Assembly: GCA_964607485.1 (NCBI GenBank)
Contig: CAZSKP010000005.1
Coordinates: 1-64,000, forward strand
Origin: an uncultured bacterium
Lineage (GTDB): Bacteria > Abyssobacteria > SURF-5
Length of the DNA stretch: 64,000 bases
Direction: 5' to 3'
In this document: positions 31,327-40,513 of the stretch, in pieces
How the letters are laid out: each line of letters begins with the position of its first letter
Position numbering within the stretch: the first letter of the stretch is position 1
The notes under the pieces: model-generated
The model's input: the letters and a program-made list of their open reading frames with translations, nothing else
Databases searched by the model: none
Told to the model about the DNA's origin: nothing
Translations under genes and position numbers: made by a program

Positions 31327-31509
31327 GGAGCAAAAAGGAGCAGGCGCCGAAGTTGGTAGTTATTGGTATATAGGCACTTGCGTTTTCGGACAGCTAAGCG
31401 ATGTGCTGGGAAAGTGTCTGTATTCTTTCACCCGGCTGTTTGTTTTCAATTATCCCGGTAAACGAGCAGTCGGTCGCCCTTCCGCCATCCGGTCCACGGG
31501 ACATTTTGA

Positions 31510-31538
31510 TTGACCGTTCCCCCAAACATCAATATAAT
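31510..31538 (+). promoter_or_regulatory. sigma70 promoter
   Basis: TTGACC-17 nt-TATAAT upstream of the FHA-GGDEF gene. Confidence 0.75.
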
Positions 31539-31606
31539 AAGCAGGAAGCCAGCGTACACACGCTGACAGCGCGACCCGACTCTCGTCCCCGTAAAGCGAG
31601 GCAGGG

Positions 31607-32530
31607 ATGAAAGATGACGACACGGTCCGGATCGATCCCGGCTCGTCGGAATATGCCCCCACGGACAAGGTCGGCCTTCTGCAGATAATTTGGGGAGGCG
31701 ACATCGGCTGTGAGTATGAAGTCAAGCCGGGCAACAACATCATCGGAAGACAAAAGGACTGCCAGATTCAGATTAACAACAAGTCCATCTCCCGCAGACA
31801 CGCCCAGATAGTGTACAAGCCCGATGAACCGTCGGAGCAGCGGTATGTGATTTACGACCTGCAGAGCACCAACGGCACCAAGGTGAACAACGAAGTGACG
31901 GAACGGAGCATGCTCCGAGACGGCGACAGGGTTCAGTTCGGAAGCGTCGTATGCAAGTTCATGGAAATAGACTCGCTCGAGAAGAAATACATGATGGAGC
32001 TCAAGAAGCTGATAGAGTATGATAAACAGACCGACCTTCTTCAAATAAAGCCATTGTACCAGAGGCTGGAGAAGGCGCTGAGCGACGCCGAGCGTGCCGG
32101 TCAGCCGCTGTCGGTGCTCATGATGGACCTCGACGGTCTCAAGCAGATAAACGACAGACACGGTCACCTCGTGGGAACACACGTGATAGTCCAGATCGCG
32201 CGGCTCATCGGCGAAGAACTCTCGCCGTTGGGGGTCGCGGCCATTTATGGCGGCGACGAGTTTCTGGGTTACCTTCCGAATACGAACAAGAAAGAGGCGC
32301 TTGAAAAGGCGGAACACCTTCGCGGGCTCGTGGACGCTCTCGGCTTTCCCGAAAAGAAAGTGCGGGAGCGCGTGACGATCAGCATCGGCGTCGCCGAGTA
32401 TCCGCTCGACGCCTCGGAGATGATGCCGCTCGTTGCCAACGCCGACAGAGCACTTTACACGGCAAAGGCGACGGGAAAGAATTGCGTCGTCGCCTACGAG
32501 CCTTCCATGAGGGGAGATACAAAGGACTGA
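31607..32530 (+). CDS. FHA-GGDEF diguanylate cyclase
   Basis: IGRQKDCQI..ISRRHA..DLQSTNGT; MDLDGLKQINDRHGHLVG, YGGDEF, TISIGVA, ADRALYTAK. Confidence 0.9.
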   Translation: MKDDDTVRIDPGSSEYAPTDKVGLLQIIWGGDIGCEYEVKPGNNIIGRQKDCQIQINNKSISRRHAQIVYKPDEPSEQRYVIYDLQSTNGTKVNNEVTERSMLRDGDRVQFGSVVCKFMEIDSLEKKYMMELKKLIEYDKQTDLLQIKPLYQRLEKALSDAERAGQPLSVLMMDLDGLKQINDRHGHLVGTHVIVQIARLIGEELSPLGVAAIYGGDEFLGYLPNTNKKEALEKAEHLRGLVDALGFPEKKVRERVTISIGVAEYPLDASEMMPLVANADRALYTAKATGKNCVVAYEPSMRGDTKD

Positions 32531-32562
32531 GTTCGGCCCCATAGCACTGTCGGAGGAAAACG

Positions 32563-33351
32563 ATGGCGCCCCAGATCGAAGCGCTCATTGAGGAAGCCGC
32601 CGAAATAATCGCATCGGCGAACAAGGTGGTCGTCTTCACCGGCGCTGGTGTGAGCACCGAGTCGGGCATTCCCGACTTCCGCAGCCCGGGCGGCATCTGG
32701 ACGAAGTACCAGCCGATAATGTTTCAGGATTTCATGGCCAGCGAAGAGATGCGCCGCGAATCGTGGCGTCGCGGCAAGGAAACCTACCACCTCTTTGCCG
32801 ACGTGGAGCCCAACCCGGCGCATTACGCGGTAGTCGAGCTGGAGCGCATGGGGAAGATCGACTGCGTCATTACTCAGAACATAGACAACCTCCACCAGAA
32901 GGCGGGCAGCTCGCCCGAACTGGTCATAGAATTGCACGGCACCGCGATGTACGTCGTCTGCCTGAGCTGCGGAAAGAGGTGGCCCAGGGCGGAGATTCAG
33001 GAATGGCTCGAAGCCGGCGTCGAGATTCCTCTTTGCGACGAGTGCGGCGGAATCATGAAATCGGCGACGGTCTCGTTCGGCCAGCCGATGCCCGAAAAGG
33101 AGACGCTTGAGGCGCAGATGCGCTCTCAGCAGGCGGAGGTGTTTATCGTCGTCGGCTCGTCGCTGGTCGTGTATCCCGCCGCTCACATGCCACTATTGGC
33201 GAAACAGAGCGGAACGAAACTCATCATAATAAATCTCGGAGAGACGCCCCTCGACATCTATGCCGACGTGCTGATTCGGGGCAAGGCGGGAGAAATGATG
33301 AAACGTCTCGTCGAGCGTGTCAAGGCTAAGGCGCGCTCGCACGGCGTCTAG
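32563..33351 (+). CDS. cobB: NAD-dependent protein deacylase (sirtuin)
   Basis: TGAGVSTESGIPDFRS, TQNIDNLHQKAG, ELHGT, CxxC..CxxC, GSSLVVYPAA. Confidence 0.93.
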   Translation: MAPQIEALIEEAAEIIASANKVVVFTGAGVSTESGIPDFRSPGGIWTKYQPIMFQDFMASEEMRRESWRRGKETYHLFADVEPNPAHYAVVELERMGKIDCVITQNIDNLHQKAGSSPELVIELHGTAMYVVCLSCGKRWPRAEIQEWLEAGVEIPLCDECGGIMKSATVSFGQPMPEKETLEAQMRSQQAEVFIVVGSSLVVYPAAHMPLLAKQSGTKLIIINLGETPLDIYADVLIRGKAGEMMKRLVERVKAKARSHGV

Positions 33352-33420
33352 GCGACCCATCCGATGGCTCGCTCTTCTCCGGGCGTCGCCGATGGACATT
33401 CCGATAGGGAACCGCTCACC

Positions 33421-34449
33421 ATGCCGGACAGGCCTGAGAAAAGGTTGCTCATCGCTCTCGCTCTGCTGCTGGCGACCATCGTCATCGGCACCGTCATGTA
33501 CAAGCTACTCACCGCGAACCGGTACGACTGGTTGACCTGTTTTTACATGACGGTCATAACGCTCTCCACCGTCGGCTACGGCGAAGTAATCAACACGTCC
33601 CTTTTCCCGGGGGCCCGCTTGTTCACGAGCGTGCTCATACTGTTCGGGATGGGCATCCTGCTATACAGCGTGAGCACGGCCACGTCGATCATGGTGGAGA
33701 TGGACCTGCGGGACGTGTTCAAGAGGAGGAAAATGAACAAGGACATCAAGCAACTGCGCAGCCATTTTGTCGTGTGCGGAGCCGGAGCGACGGGCACGTG
33801 CATCGCACAAGAGCTGATGAAGACAGGCACAAAGTTTGTGGTCATCGACCGCGACCCCGAACGCCTCGAGGCGGCGTGCAAGCTCGGCGAGGTCTACTAT
33901 ATTCAGGGAGACGCCACCGATGACGAGGTGCTTGTCAAGGCGGGCATCGACCGCGCGTCGGGTCTGGCCGCCGCGCTCTCGACGGAAAAGGATAACCTAT
34001 TCCTCACGCTCACCGCGCGTCAGCTTAATCCCTCCATCCGCATCGTCGCGCGCGGGCTTGACGAGAGCGTGAACCGCAAGCTGCGCAAGGCGGGCGCCGA
34101 CGCGGTCGTGTCTCCGACGTTCATCGGCGGACTCCGCATGGCCTCGGAGATGATACGGCCGACGGTCGTCTCGTTTCTGGATACGATGCTGAGGGATACA
34201 TCGGGGACGATTCGTTTCGAGGAACTGCACATCACGCCCGGCTCGAAGTTCTTGAATCAGACCATCCAGGCCACGAAGATACGCGACGATTCGGATCTTC
34301 TCATTGTGGCATTGCGCAGGCCCGATTCGCCCAGCTTCACCTACAATCCTCCGGCCGATACCGTGCTCACCGACGGCATGAAGCTGGTGGTTCTCGGCGA
34401 GTCCAAGCGGATTCATGAGCTCAGGGAACTCTCCCGGAGCGGTGTCTGA
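33421..34449 (+). CDS. Potassium channel with RCK (TrkA-N/TrkA-C) domains
   Basis: TLSTVGYGE selectivity filter, HFVVCGAGATG, GDATDDEVL. Confidence 0.92.
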   Translation: MPDRPEKRLLIALALLLATIVIGTVMYKLLTANRYDWLTCFYMTVITLSTVGYGEVINTSLFPGARLFTSVLILFGMGILLYSVSTATSIMVEMDLRDVFKRRKMNKDIKQLRSHFVVCGAGATGTCIAQELMKTGTKFVVIDRDPERLEAACKLGEVYYIQGDATDDEVLVKAGIDRASGLAAALSTEKDNLFLTLTARQLNPSIRIVARGLDESVNRKLRKAGADAVVSPTFIGGLRMASEMIRPTVVSFLDTMLRDTSGTIRFEELHITPGSKFLNQTIQATKIRDDSDLLIVALRRPDSPSFTYNPPADTVLTDGMKLVVLGESKRIHELRELSRSGV

Positions 34450-34497
34450 GGCCCGGCCGATGCGATTTTGCTCTGGGGGCAGGCGGTTTTGCGGATT

Positions 34498-34525
34498 GTA
34501 GGGGCGCAGCATGCTGCGCCCTTAC
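34498..34525 (+). repeat. GTAG-type REP-like palindrome between convergent genes
   Basis: GTAGGGGCGCAGCATGCTGCGCCCTTAC. Confidence 0.65.
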
Positions 34526-34542
34526 AAGGGTTTGGCAGTTAC

Positions 34543-36990
34543 TCAGTGCTTGTTCGGCTTCGTCTCGCCGTCTCCGTAATATTCCTTCAGGCCCTTGGCG
34601 AGGGATTCGAGCCGGTCGGTGACGAGGCGGTTGAGGGTGCCTTTTGGATACTTGCCCGTCTTTGAGCGTCTGCCGCATTTCATTCCCGTGAGAAGCTCCA
34701 GCCCTTCCTCCACCGTCTTGACGGCGTATATGTGGAATTTGCGCTTGCGCACTGCATCGACGACCTCTCTGTTCAGCATGAGGTCGCCCACGTTGAGTTC
34801 CGGAATCAAAACTCCCTCGTCCCCCTTGAGCCCTTTGACCTTGGACACCTTGTAGAAGCCCTCGATCTTCTCGTTTACTCCGCCGATGGGCTGCACGTTG
34901 CCCTTCTGGTCGACCGAGCCCGTCACGGCGATGTTCTGTTTGATGGGGACGCCCGCGAGGCTGGATATCAGCGCGTAGAGCTCGGTCGAGGACGCGCTGT
35001 CGCCGTCGACCTCTCCATAGGACTGCTCGAAGCATATGCTCGCGCTGAGCGTGAGCGGCTTGTCCTGCGCGTATTTAGACCGCAGGTATCCGCTCATGAT
35101 GAGCACTCCTTTGTCGTGTGTGCTCCCGCTGAGCTTGGATTCGCGTTCTATGCTCACGATGCCCGCACGGCCCATTGACGTTTCGGCCGTTATGCGGACA
35201 GGCTTGCCGAACACGTGGTCGCCCGTGTGGTAAACCGCCAGGCCGTTGACCTGTCCCACCCTATTCCCCGCTGTTTCTATCCGAATGCGGCCATCGTCGA
35301 TGAACTCCTTTATCAGCAGCTCGAGCTGGTTGACGCGTTCGATGCGGTCATCTATGGCCTGCTCCACCTGCTTTGCGGACACGCATCTGACGCCCTCTTT
35401 CGCGGCGAGATAGCTTGCCTCTCGGACGACATCGGCCACCTCGCTGAAGCGGGTGGTCATCTTCTTCTGCCGGCCGGACTGTTCGACGCCGAATTCGACC
35501 AGAGACGCCATGCCCGTGGGGTCGAGGTGGAGGAGGCTCTCGCGATTGCACAGGCCGTTGACGAAGTTGACGTAGTCGCGGATGTGTTTGGGGGTTTTAT
35601 TCATGTCGGGTACGAAATCCGACTTTATCTTGAACACCTTCCGGAAGTCCTCGTCCATGGCGTACAGGAGCCTGTAGAGATAGTAGTCGCCGACCATCAC
35701 AACTTTGAGGTCGATCTGAATCGGCTCGGGCTTCATGCCGGACACGGTGAAGAAGGGGTAGAATCCGCCGCTCGGAATCTCGACGACCCTGCTGATGAGC
35801 GCCCTCTTCAACGTCTTCCACACATACGGCTCCGTGAGTGCGTCCATGGCGTTGAAGACGAGATAGCCGCCGTCGGCCCGGAGGATGGAGCCTGCCTTTA
35901 TCCTCATGTGGTTGGTCTCGGGTTCGCCCGTGCGCGAGAACGACGTTTCTATCGTACCGAAAAGATTATGGAAAGTGGGCGAGTTCTCGATGATGATGGG
36001 CACGCCCTTTGTCTCGGAGTTGTCCACTATGACGTTTACCTGATACTCGAGGAAGGGGTCCTCGATCCGGATTGCGGGAAGTCCCGGGGCCGGCGAGTAC
36101 TCGACCGGACCTCTCTTGAATCTTTCTACGTCGCCAATGACGCTTTCCTTCACCTGGTCCAAATAAGCGCAAACCGTCTTATCATCGTATTTCGTCTTCA
36201 GGGCCTCTATGAAACCGTCCACGACAAACAACGCGTAATCGCGGTCCAGTTTTTCCAGCTTCGTCCGAACCTCTTTCTCGATTACCGCCGTGGACTTCAT
36301 TTTCTCCTGCAACTCTTTTTCGTATTCGATGTATTTCTTCTTGAACTCCTCAAGGTTTACGTCCTTTATCTGGCCCGATTCGACCATTGCGACGTATTCA
36401 TCGACTTGGACCGGCTTGCCATCGACGATCGGCGCGATGCCCGCCTTCGTGAGCGTGCCCATTTTCATCTGGATCAGGGTGAGGCCTTCCTTCTGGAGTC
36501 TTTCTTGGAAGGGCTTGAATATTTCCTCTTCTTTGTCCCTTACCTTTGAGACGATTTCCTCGCGGCTCTCCTGGTAGCTGTCGCTCTCGAACGCCTTCGG
36601 GATGTTCGCCCCCAGCGAGGAGACGAGGTCTTCCATGTCCTTCTTGAATTCTTTGCCCTTTCCGGCCGGAAGCTCGATTTTGCAGGGCATGTCGGGTATC
36701 TTGAAGTTGTGCACGTAGCATTTATCGTTCGGGGGCGAGTTCGACACGTTCAACTTTTCCAGGATGAACCTCACGGTGGTCATCTTGCCCGTGCCGCTCA
36801 GGCCGGCCACGTACACATTGAAACCGGGACTGGATATGGAGAGGCCGGTTTCCATCGCCTTCAGCGCCTTCTCCTGGCCGACTATCTCCGGCTTTTCCTT
36901 GTGCTCGGCGGTCGTCTTGAACTGGAAGGTGCCGGGGTCACATCGCCACCGGAGCTGCTCGGGCTTCAATTCCAAATTCTTCCTGGCCAT
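34543..36990 (-). CDS. Lon-like ATP-dependent protease (LonB/LonC-type, AAA plus S16 protease domain)
   Basis: GQEKA, GLSGTGKMT, GQVNGL, FEQSYGEVDGDSASS, TGSVDQKG.VQPIGGVNEKIEGF; start ATG 36990 after GGAG/GGAAG. Confidence 0.92.
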   Translation of the reverse strand: MARKNLELKPEQLRWRCDPGTFQFKTTAEHKEKPEIVGQEKALKAMETGLSISSPGFNVYVAGLSGTGKMTTVRFILEKLNVSNSPPNDKCYVHNFKIPDMPCKIELPAGKGKEFKKDMEDLVSSLGANIPKAFESDSYQESREEIVSKVRDKEEEIFKPFQERLQKEGLTLIQMKMGTLTKAGIAPIVDGKPVQVDEYVAMVESGQIKDVNLEEFKKKYIEYEKELQEKMKSTAVIEKEVRTKLEKLDRDYALFVVDGFIEALKTKYDDKTVCAYLDQVKESVIGDVERFKRGPVEYSPAPGLPAIRIEDPFLEYQVNVIVDNSETKGVPIIIENSPTFHNLFGTIETSFSRTGEPETNHMRIKAGSILRADGGYLVFNAMDALTEPYVWKTLKRALISRVVEIPSGGFYPFFTVSGMKPEPIQIDLKVVMVGDYYLYRLLYAMDEDFRKVFKIKSDFVPDMNKTPKHIRDYVNFVNGLCNRESLLHLDPTGMASLVEFGVEQSGRQKKMTTRFSEVADVVREASYLAAKEGVRCVSAKQVEQAIDDRIERVNQLELLIKEFIDDGRIRIETAGNRVGQVNGLAVYHTGDHVFGKPVRITAETSMGRAGIVSIERESKLSGSTHDKGVLIMSGYLRSKYAQDKPLTLSASICFEQSYGEVDGDSASSTELYALISSLAGVPIKQNIAVTGSVDQKGNVQPIGGVNEKIEGFYKVSKVKGLKGDEGVLIPELNVGDLMLNREVVDAVRKRKFHIYAVKTVEEGLELLTGMKCGRRSKTGKYPKGTLNRLVTDRLESLAKGLKEYYGDGETKPNKH

Positions 36991-37169
36991 TTCTCGGACT
37001 TCCCTCCATAGATTTGTGCGAAGCGGGGAGAATTCCTGCGAACGGAATCCTCGGGTGGTTTCCCCCGCTCGTACTGTCGAAACAACGGGCGATATTTCAC
37101 TGGAAATCGGCGACTTCATTCTACTCAACCTCGCGAAGGCGAGTCAAGCCGGATGCCTGAAGGGCGTCT

Positions 37170-37198
37170 TTGACGCGGCCCCAGCCTTCTGGTAGAAT
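37170..37198 (+). promoter_or_regulatory. sigma70 promoter of the OYE gene; a divergent TTGACT-18-TAGAAT serves the Lon-like gene
   Basis: TTGACG-17 nt-TAGAAT. Confidence 0.6.
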
Positions 37199-37252
37199 GA
37201 CGCCGGCTGTGTTGTTTCCGCATGAGCACGAACCCGGAGGACAAGCTGAAAA

Positions 37253-38380
37253 ATGATGGACGTTTTCGAACCGATAGAGATTAATGGCATGCGGCTTCCG
37301 AACCGCTTTGTTCGTTCCGCCACCTATGAGGGATTGGCCGCCGAGGACGGGCGAGTGACCGATGCGCTGCTCGCGTTGTACGGCGAACTCGCCCAAGGGG
37401 ACATCGGCCTGATCGTCGTGGGCTACGCCTATGTTCAGCCCAACGGAAAGGGCGCGCCGGGCATGCTGGGCATCTGGTCGGACGACCTCATCGAGGGACT
37501 CAGGCAGTTGACACATGCTGCCCACGAGCACGGCGCGAAGATAGCGTCGCAGATCGTCCACTGCGGCCGCCAGACATTCCCCGCGCTCATCGACGGCCCG
37601 CCGGTTGCTCCCTCGGCCGTGCCCACGCGCAAGTTCGGCGCCACGCCTCGCGAGCTTACGCCCTCCGACATCGAGGAGATCGTCGAGGACTTTGGCAGGG
37701 CGGCCTCGAGGGCAAAGACGGCCGGATTCGACGCGGTGCAGATTCACTGCGCGCACGGCTACCTGCTGAATCAGTTTCTCGCCAGAAACTCGAACAGGCG
37801 GATCGACGAATACGGAGGCGGAATCGAGGGCCGCGCAAGGGCGCTGTTCGAGGTGTATTCTCGGATACGCGAGGCCGTCGGTAACGACTATCCGGTGCTC
37901 ATCAAGTTGAACTGCGCCGACTTCGTCGAAGACGGACTCGAGCTTGAAGACTCCCTCTGGGTCGCGCGGAAGCTGGCTGAAATGGGAATCGACGCCATCG
38001 AGGTGAGCGGCGGCGTGTGGGACACGGTTGCCGACGAAGGCAAATCCATCCAGAAAGGGGTGCCACGCAGGCGGCCGGAGGGCTATTTCTTGAGCTACAT
38101 CGAGAAGTTCACGCAGTCGGTTGACGTGCCCGTCATCGCAGTGGGCGGGATACGCACGCTCGAGACCGCCCGAAAAATAGTGAATGAGGGCACGGCCGAT
38201 TTGGTCTCGATGTGCCGGCCGTTTATCCACGAGCCTCACCTGCTCAGGCGCTGGCGCGACGGCGACATCGCTTCCGCCCGATGCGTCTCGTGCAACCGCT
38301 GCCTCGCGCTGACGGCCGCCGAAGGTCTCAAGTGCTTCCGGAAAGAACGCCGGGAAAAAGCCGCCAACCGCCCAGCCTGA
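37253..38380 (+). CDS. NADH:flavin oxidoreductase (old yellow enzyme family)
   Basis: NRFVRSAT, QIVHCGRQ, AGFDAVQIHCAHGYLLNQFL, DEYGG, CVSCNRC. Confidence 0.93.
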   Translation: MMDVFEPIEINGMRLPNRFVRSATYEGLAAEDGRVTDALLALYGELAQGDIGLIVVGYAYVQPNGKGAPGMLGIWSDDLIEGLRQLTHAAHEHGAKIASQIVHCGRQTFPALIDGPPVAPSAVPTRKFGATPRELTPSDIEEIVEDFGRAASRAKTAGFDAVQIHCAHGYLLNQFLARNSNRRIDEYGGGIEGRARALFEVYSRIREAVGNDYPVLIKLNCADFVEDGLELEDSLWVARKLAEMGIDAIEVSGGVWDTVADEGKSIQKGVPRRRPEGYFLSYIEKFTQSVDVPVIAVGGIRTLETARKIVNEGTADLVSMCRPFIHEPHLLRRWRDGDIASARCVSCNRCLALTAAEGLKCFRKERREKAANRPA

Positions 38381-38415
38381 ATATTTCAGCTTGAAGGGCA
38401 TCTCTTCCAAAGTGC

Positions 38416-38444
38416 TTGACCGAGCGCGATTTATGTAGTAGAAT
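38416..38444 (+). promoter_or_regulatory. sigma70 promoter
   Basis: TTGACC-17 nt-TAGAAT. Confidence 0.65.
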
Positions 38445-38496
38445 GAGAAGCGAGAACAATGATCCTCGGTCGAAATGAAGGCGCAGGACTCAGGCA

Positions 38497-39843
38497 ATGA
38501 ACAGTGAAAATACCCGCATCCTGATCGTTGACGACGAACAGATTGTGCTCAAGTCGCTCTCGGATTGGTTCCGCGATGACGGCTATTTCGTCGGAACCGC
38601 CTCGACGGGCAAGGAGGCGCTTGCGAAGCTGACGGAGGGGGACTGGGACATCTTTTTGCTCGACGTCAAGATGCCCGGAATGAGCGGACTCGAGCTTCAG
38701 AAGAAAATCAAGGGAATAAGCCCCGACGGCATCATCATCATAATGACCGCCTATGCTTCCGTCGAGTCCGCCGTGGAGGCGTTGAAACAAGGGGCGTACG
38801 ACTACCTCACCAAGCCATTCGACCCCGAGCACCTGGGACATCTCATAAGAAACGCGATCGAGCGGAAGAACCTGGCGGCGGAAAATGTGAGGCTGAAGAA
38901 GAGCATCGACGAGTCCGTGCTGACCCATAACATAATCGGACAGAGCGAGGGCATCAAGAAGGTCGTCGAGGCGATCGAAACGGTTTCGGGAACCGAGACC
39001 TCCGTTCTCATCCGGGGAGAGAGCGGCACGGGTAAAGAGCTCGTGGCGAAGGCCATCCACGCCAATAGCCGCAGAAGATACATGCCCATGGTGATACTCA
39101 ACTGCGGCGCCCTGCCCGAGGGTATCCTGGAGAGCGAGCTTTTCGGACATGAGAAGGGAGCGTTCACGGGAGCGCAGTACAGGCGCAAGGGGAAGATTGA
39201 GCTTGCGGACGGCGGGACCCTTTTCCTCGACGAAATCGGCGAGATCAGTCAGAAGATGCAGGTCAACCTTCTGCGCGTTCTCGAAGAGAAGAAGATCAGG
39301 CGAATCGGAGGCGAAAGGGAGATTGAGGTCGATTTCAGGCTCATCGCCGCCACGAACAAGGACCTGGAGGCAAGCGTCGAATCGGGCGCGTTCCGCACCG
39401 ACCTGTACTACCGCCTTAACGTGTTCACCATCCAGATTCCGCCCCTTCGACAGCGCCGCTCCGACATCCCTTTGCTTGCGGACGATTTCCTGCGAAAATA
39501 CAGCCAAACGACGAACAAGCATATCGAAAACATCGGCCAGGACGCGCTCGACAAGATGATGAGTTACTCGTGGCCCGGAAACGTGCGTGAGCTGGAAAAC
39601 GCCATCGAACGCGCCGTGGTTGTATGCAAATCAGACACGATTCGGGCCGACCATCTTCCTTTCGGCTCGGCGCCGACGGCATACGATTTGTCCGGCAAGA
39701 CTCTCGAGGACATCGAAAGGGAACACATCCGCAACATACTCTCGGAGACCAATTGGAATATCTCGCAGGCTTCCCGTTTCTTGAATATCGACCGGGTAAC
39801 CCTTTACAGGAAAATCAAGAAATACAACCTTAAGAATCCATAG
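38497..39843 (+). CDS. sigma54-dependent response regulator (NtrC/AtoC family)
   Basis: REC (LIVDDE, LDVKMP), GESGTGKE, ESELFGHEKGAFTGA, WPGNVRELEN, Fis HTH. Confidence 0.95.
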   Translation: MNSENTRILIVDDEQIVLKSLSDWFRDDGYFVGTASTGKEALAKLTEGDWDIFLLDVKMPGMSGLELQKKIKGISPDGIIIIMTAYASVESAVEALKQGAYDYLTKPFDPEHLGHLIRNAIERKNLAAENVRLKKSIDESVLTHNIIGQSEGIKKVVEAIETVSGTETSVLIRGESGTGKELVAKAIHANSRRRYMPMVILNCGALPEGILESELFGHEKGAFTGAQYRRKGKIELADGGTLFLDEIGEISQKMQVNLLRVLEEKKIRRIGGEREIEVDFRLIAATNKDLEASVESGAFRTDLYYRLNVFTIQIPPLRQRRSDIPLLADDFLRKYSQTTNKHIENIGQDALDKMMSYSWPGNVRELENAIERAVVVCKSDTIRADHLPFGSAPTAYDLSGKTLEDIEREHIRNILSETNWNISQASRFLNIDRVTLYRKIKKYNLKNP

Positions 39844-39845
39844 AT

Positions 39846-40376
39846 TTGGCCGCGATTCTGATTTTTCCCGTCGGTGGAGCTGACGCCTCGATTATCGAGT
39901 TCCTCGCGCTTTCTCTCCGCGAGAACTTGGGCCTGTCCTGCAAGGTAAGCGACATCACCATCTCACTCGAAGGCACGTATGATGTCGTGAGAAAGCAGTA
40001 TTATTCCACCAAACTGCTCGAGAGGCTGCTCGCGCACCACGAGGACGACGAGACAAAACTGCTGGGAGTCGCCGACGTGGACCTTTTCATCCCGCCGCTC
40101 TCGTTCGTTTTCGGCGAAGCGCAGTTCGATAATCCGGCGTCCATCGTTTCCACCTACCGGCTTCGGCAGGAGTTCTACGGGCTGCCTGAAGACGCTCAGA
40201 TGCTGTATCTTCGATGTGAGAAAGAGGCGGTCCACGAACTCGGACACAGCTTCGGTCTCGTTCATTGCAGGGACTATCGCTGCGTCATGTACCTCTCCTA
40301 CTCCGTCGAGGATATCGACCTCAAGGCCAATTCGTTCTGCCGCAAATGTCATGAGACGCTTCACAGCCGGCTCTGA
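39846..40376 (+). CDS. Archaemetzincin-family Zn metalloprotease
   Basis: FVFGEAQ, KEAVHELGHSFGLVHC..CVM..S..DIDLK..FCRKC; TTG start. Confidence 0.9.
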   Translation: MAAILIFPVGGADASIIEFLALSLRENLGLSCKVSDITISLEGTYDVVRKQYYSTKLLERLLAHHEDDETKLLGVADVDLFIPPLSFVFGEAQFDNPASIVSTYRLRQEFYGLPEDAQMLYLRCEKEAVHELGHSFGLVHCRDYRCVMYLSYSVEDIDLKANSFCRKCHETLHSRL

Positions 40377-40437
40377 GATCGTCTCTCAGCCGCCTTTTGG
40401 ACACAATAATTTATATCACCATGCATGCACCCGGTTC

Positions 40438-40466
40438 TTGACATCACACAAGGGCTGTGCTAAAAT
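40438..40466 (+). promoter_or_regulatory. sigma70 promoter with extended -10
   Basis: TTGACA-17 nt-TAAAAT preceded by TG. Confidence 0.7.
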
Positions 40467-40513
40467 GCGCCAGACTGCGCGGTATTATGTGGCTCTTCTG
40501 AGGAGACTCCCCA

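Noticed and set aside
32563-33351. Sir2 protein as a Thoeris/DSR-type NADase
   Set aside because: It has the Zn-ribbon and motifs of ordinary CobB deacylases, and no defence partners.
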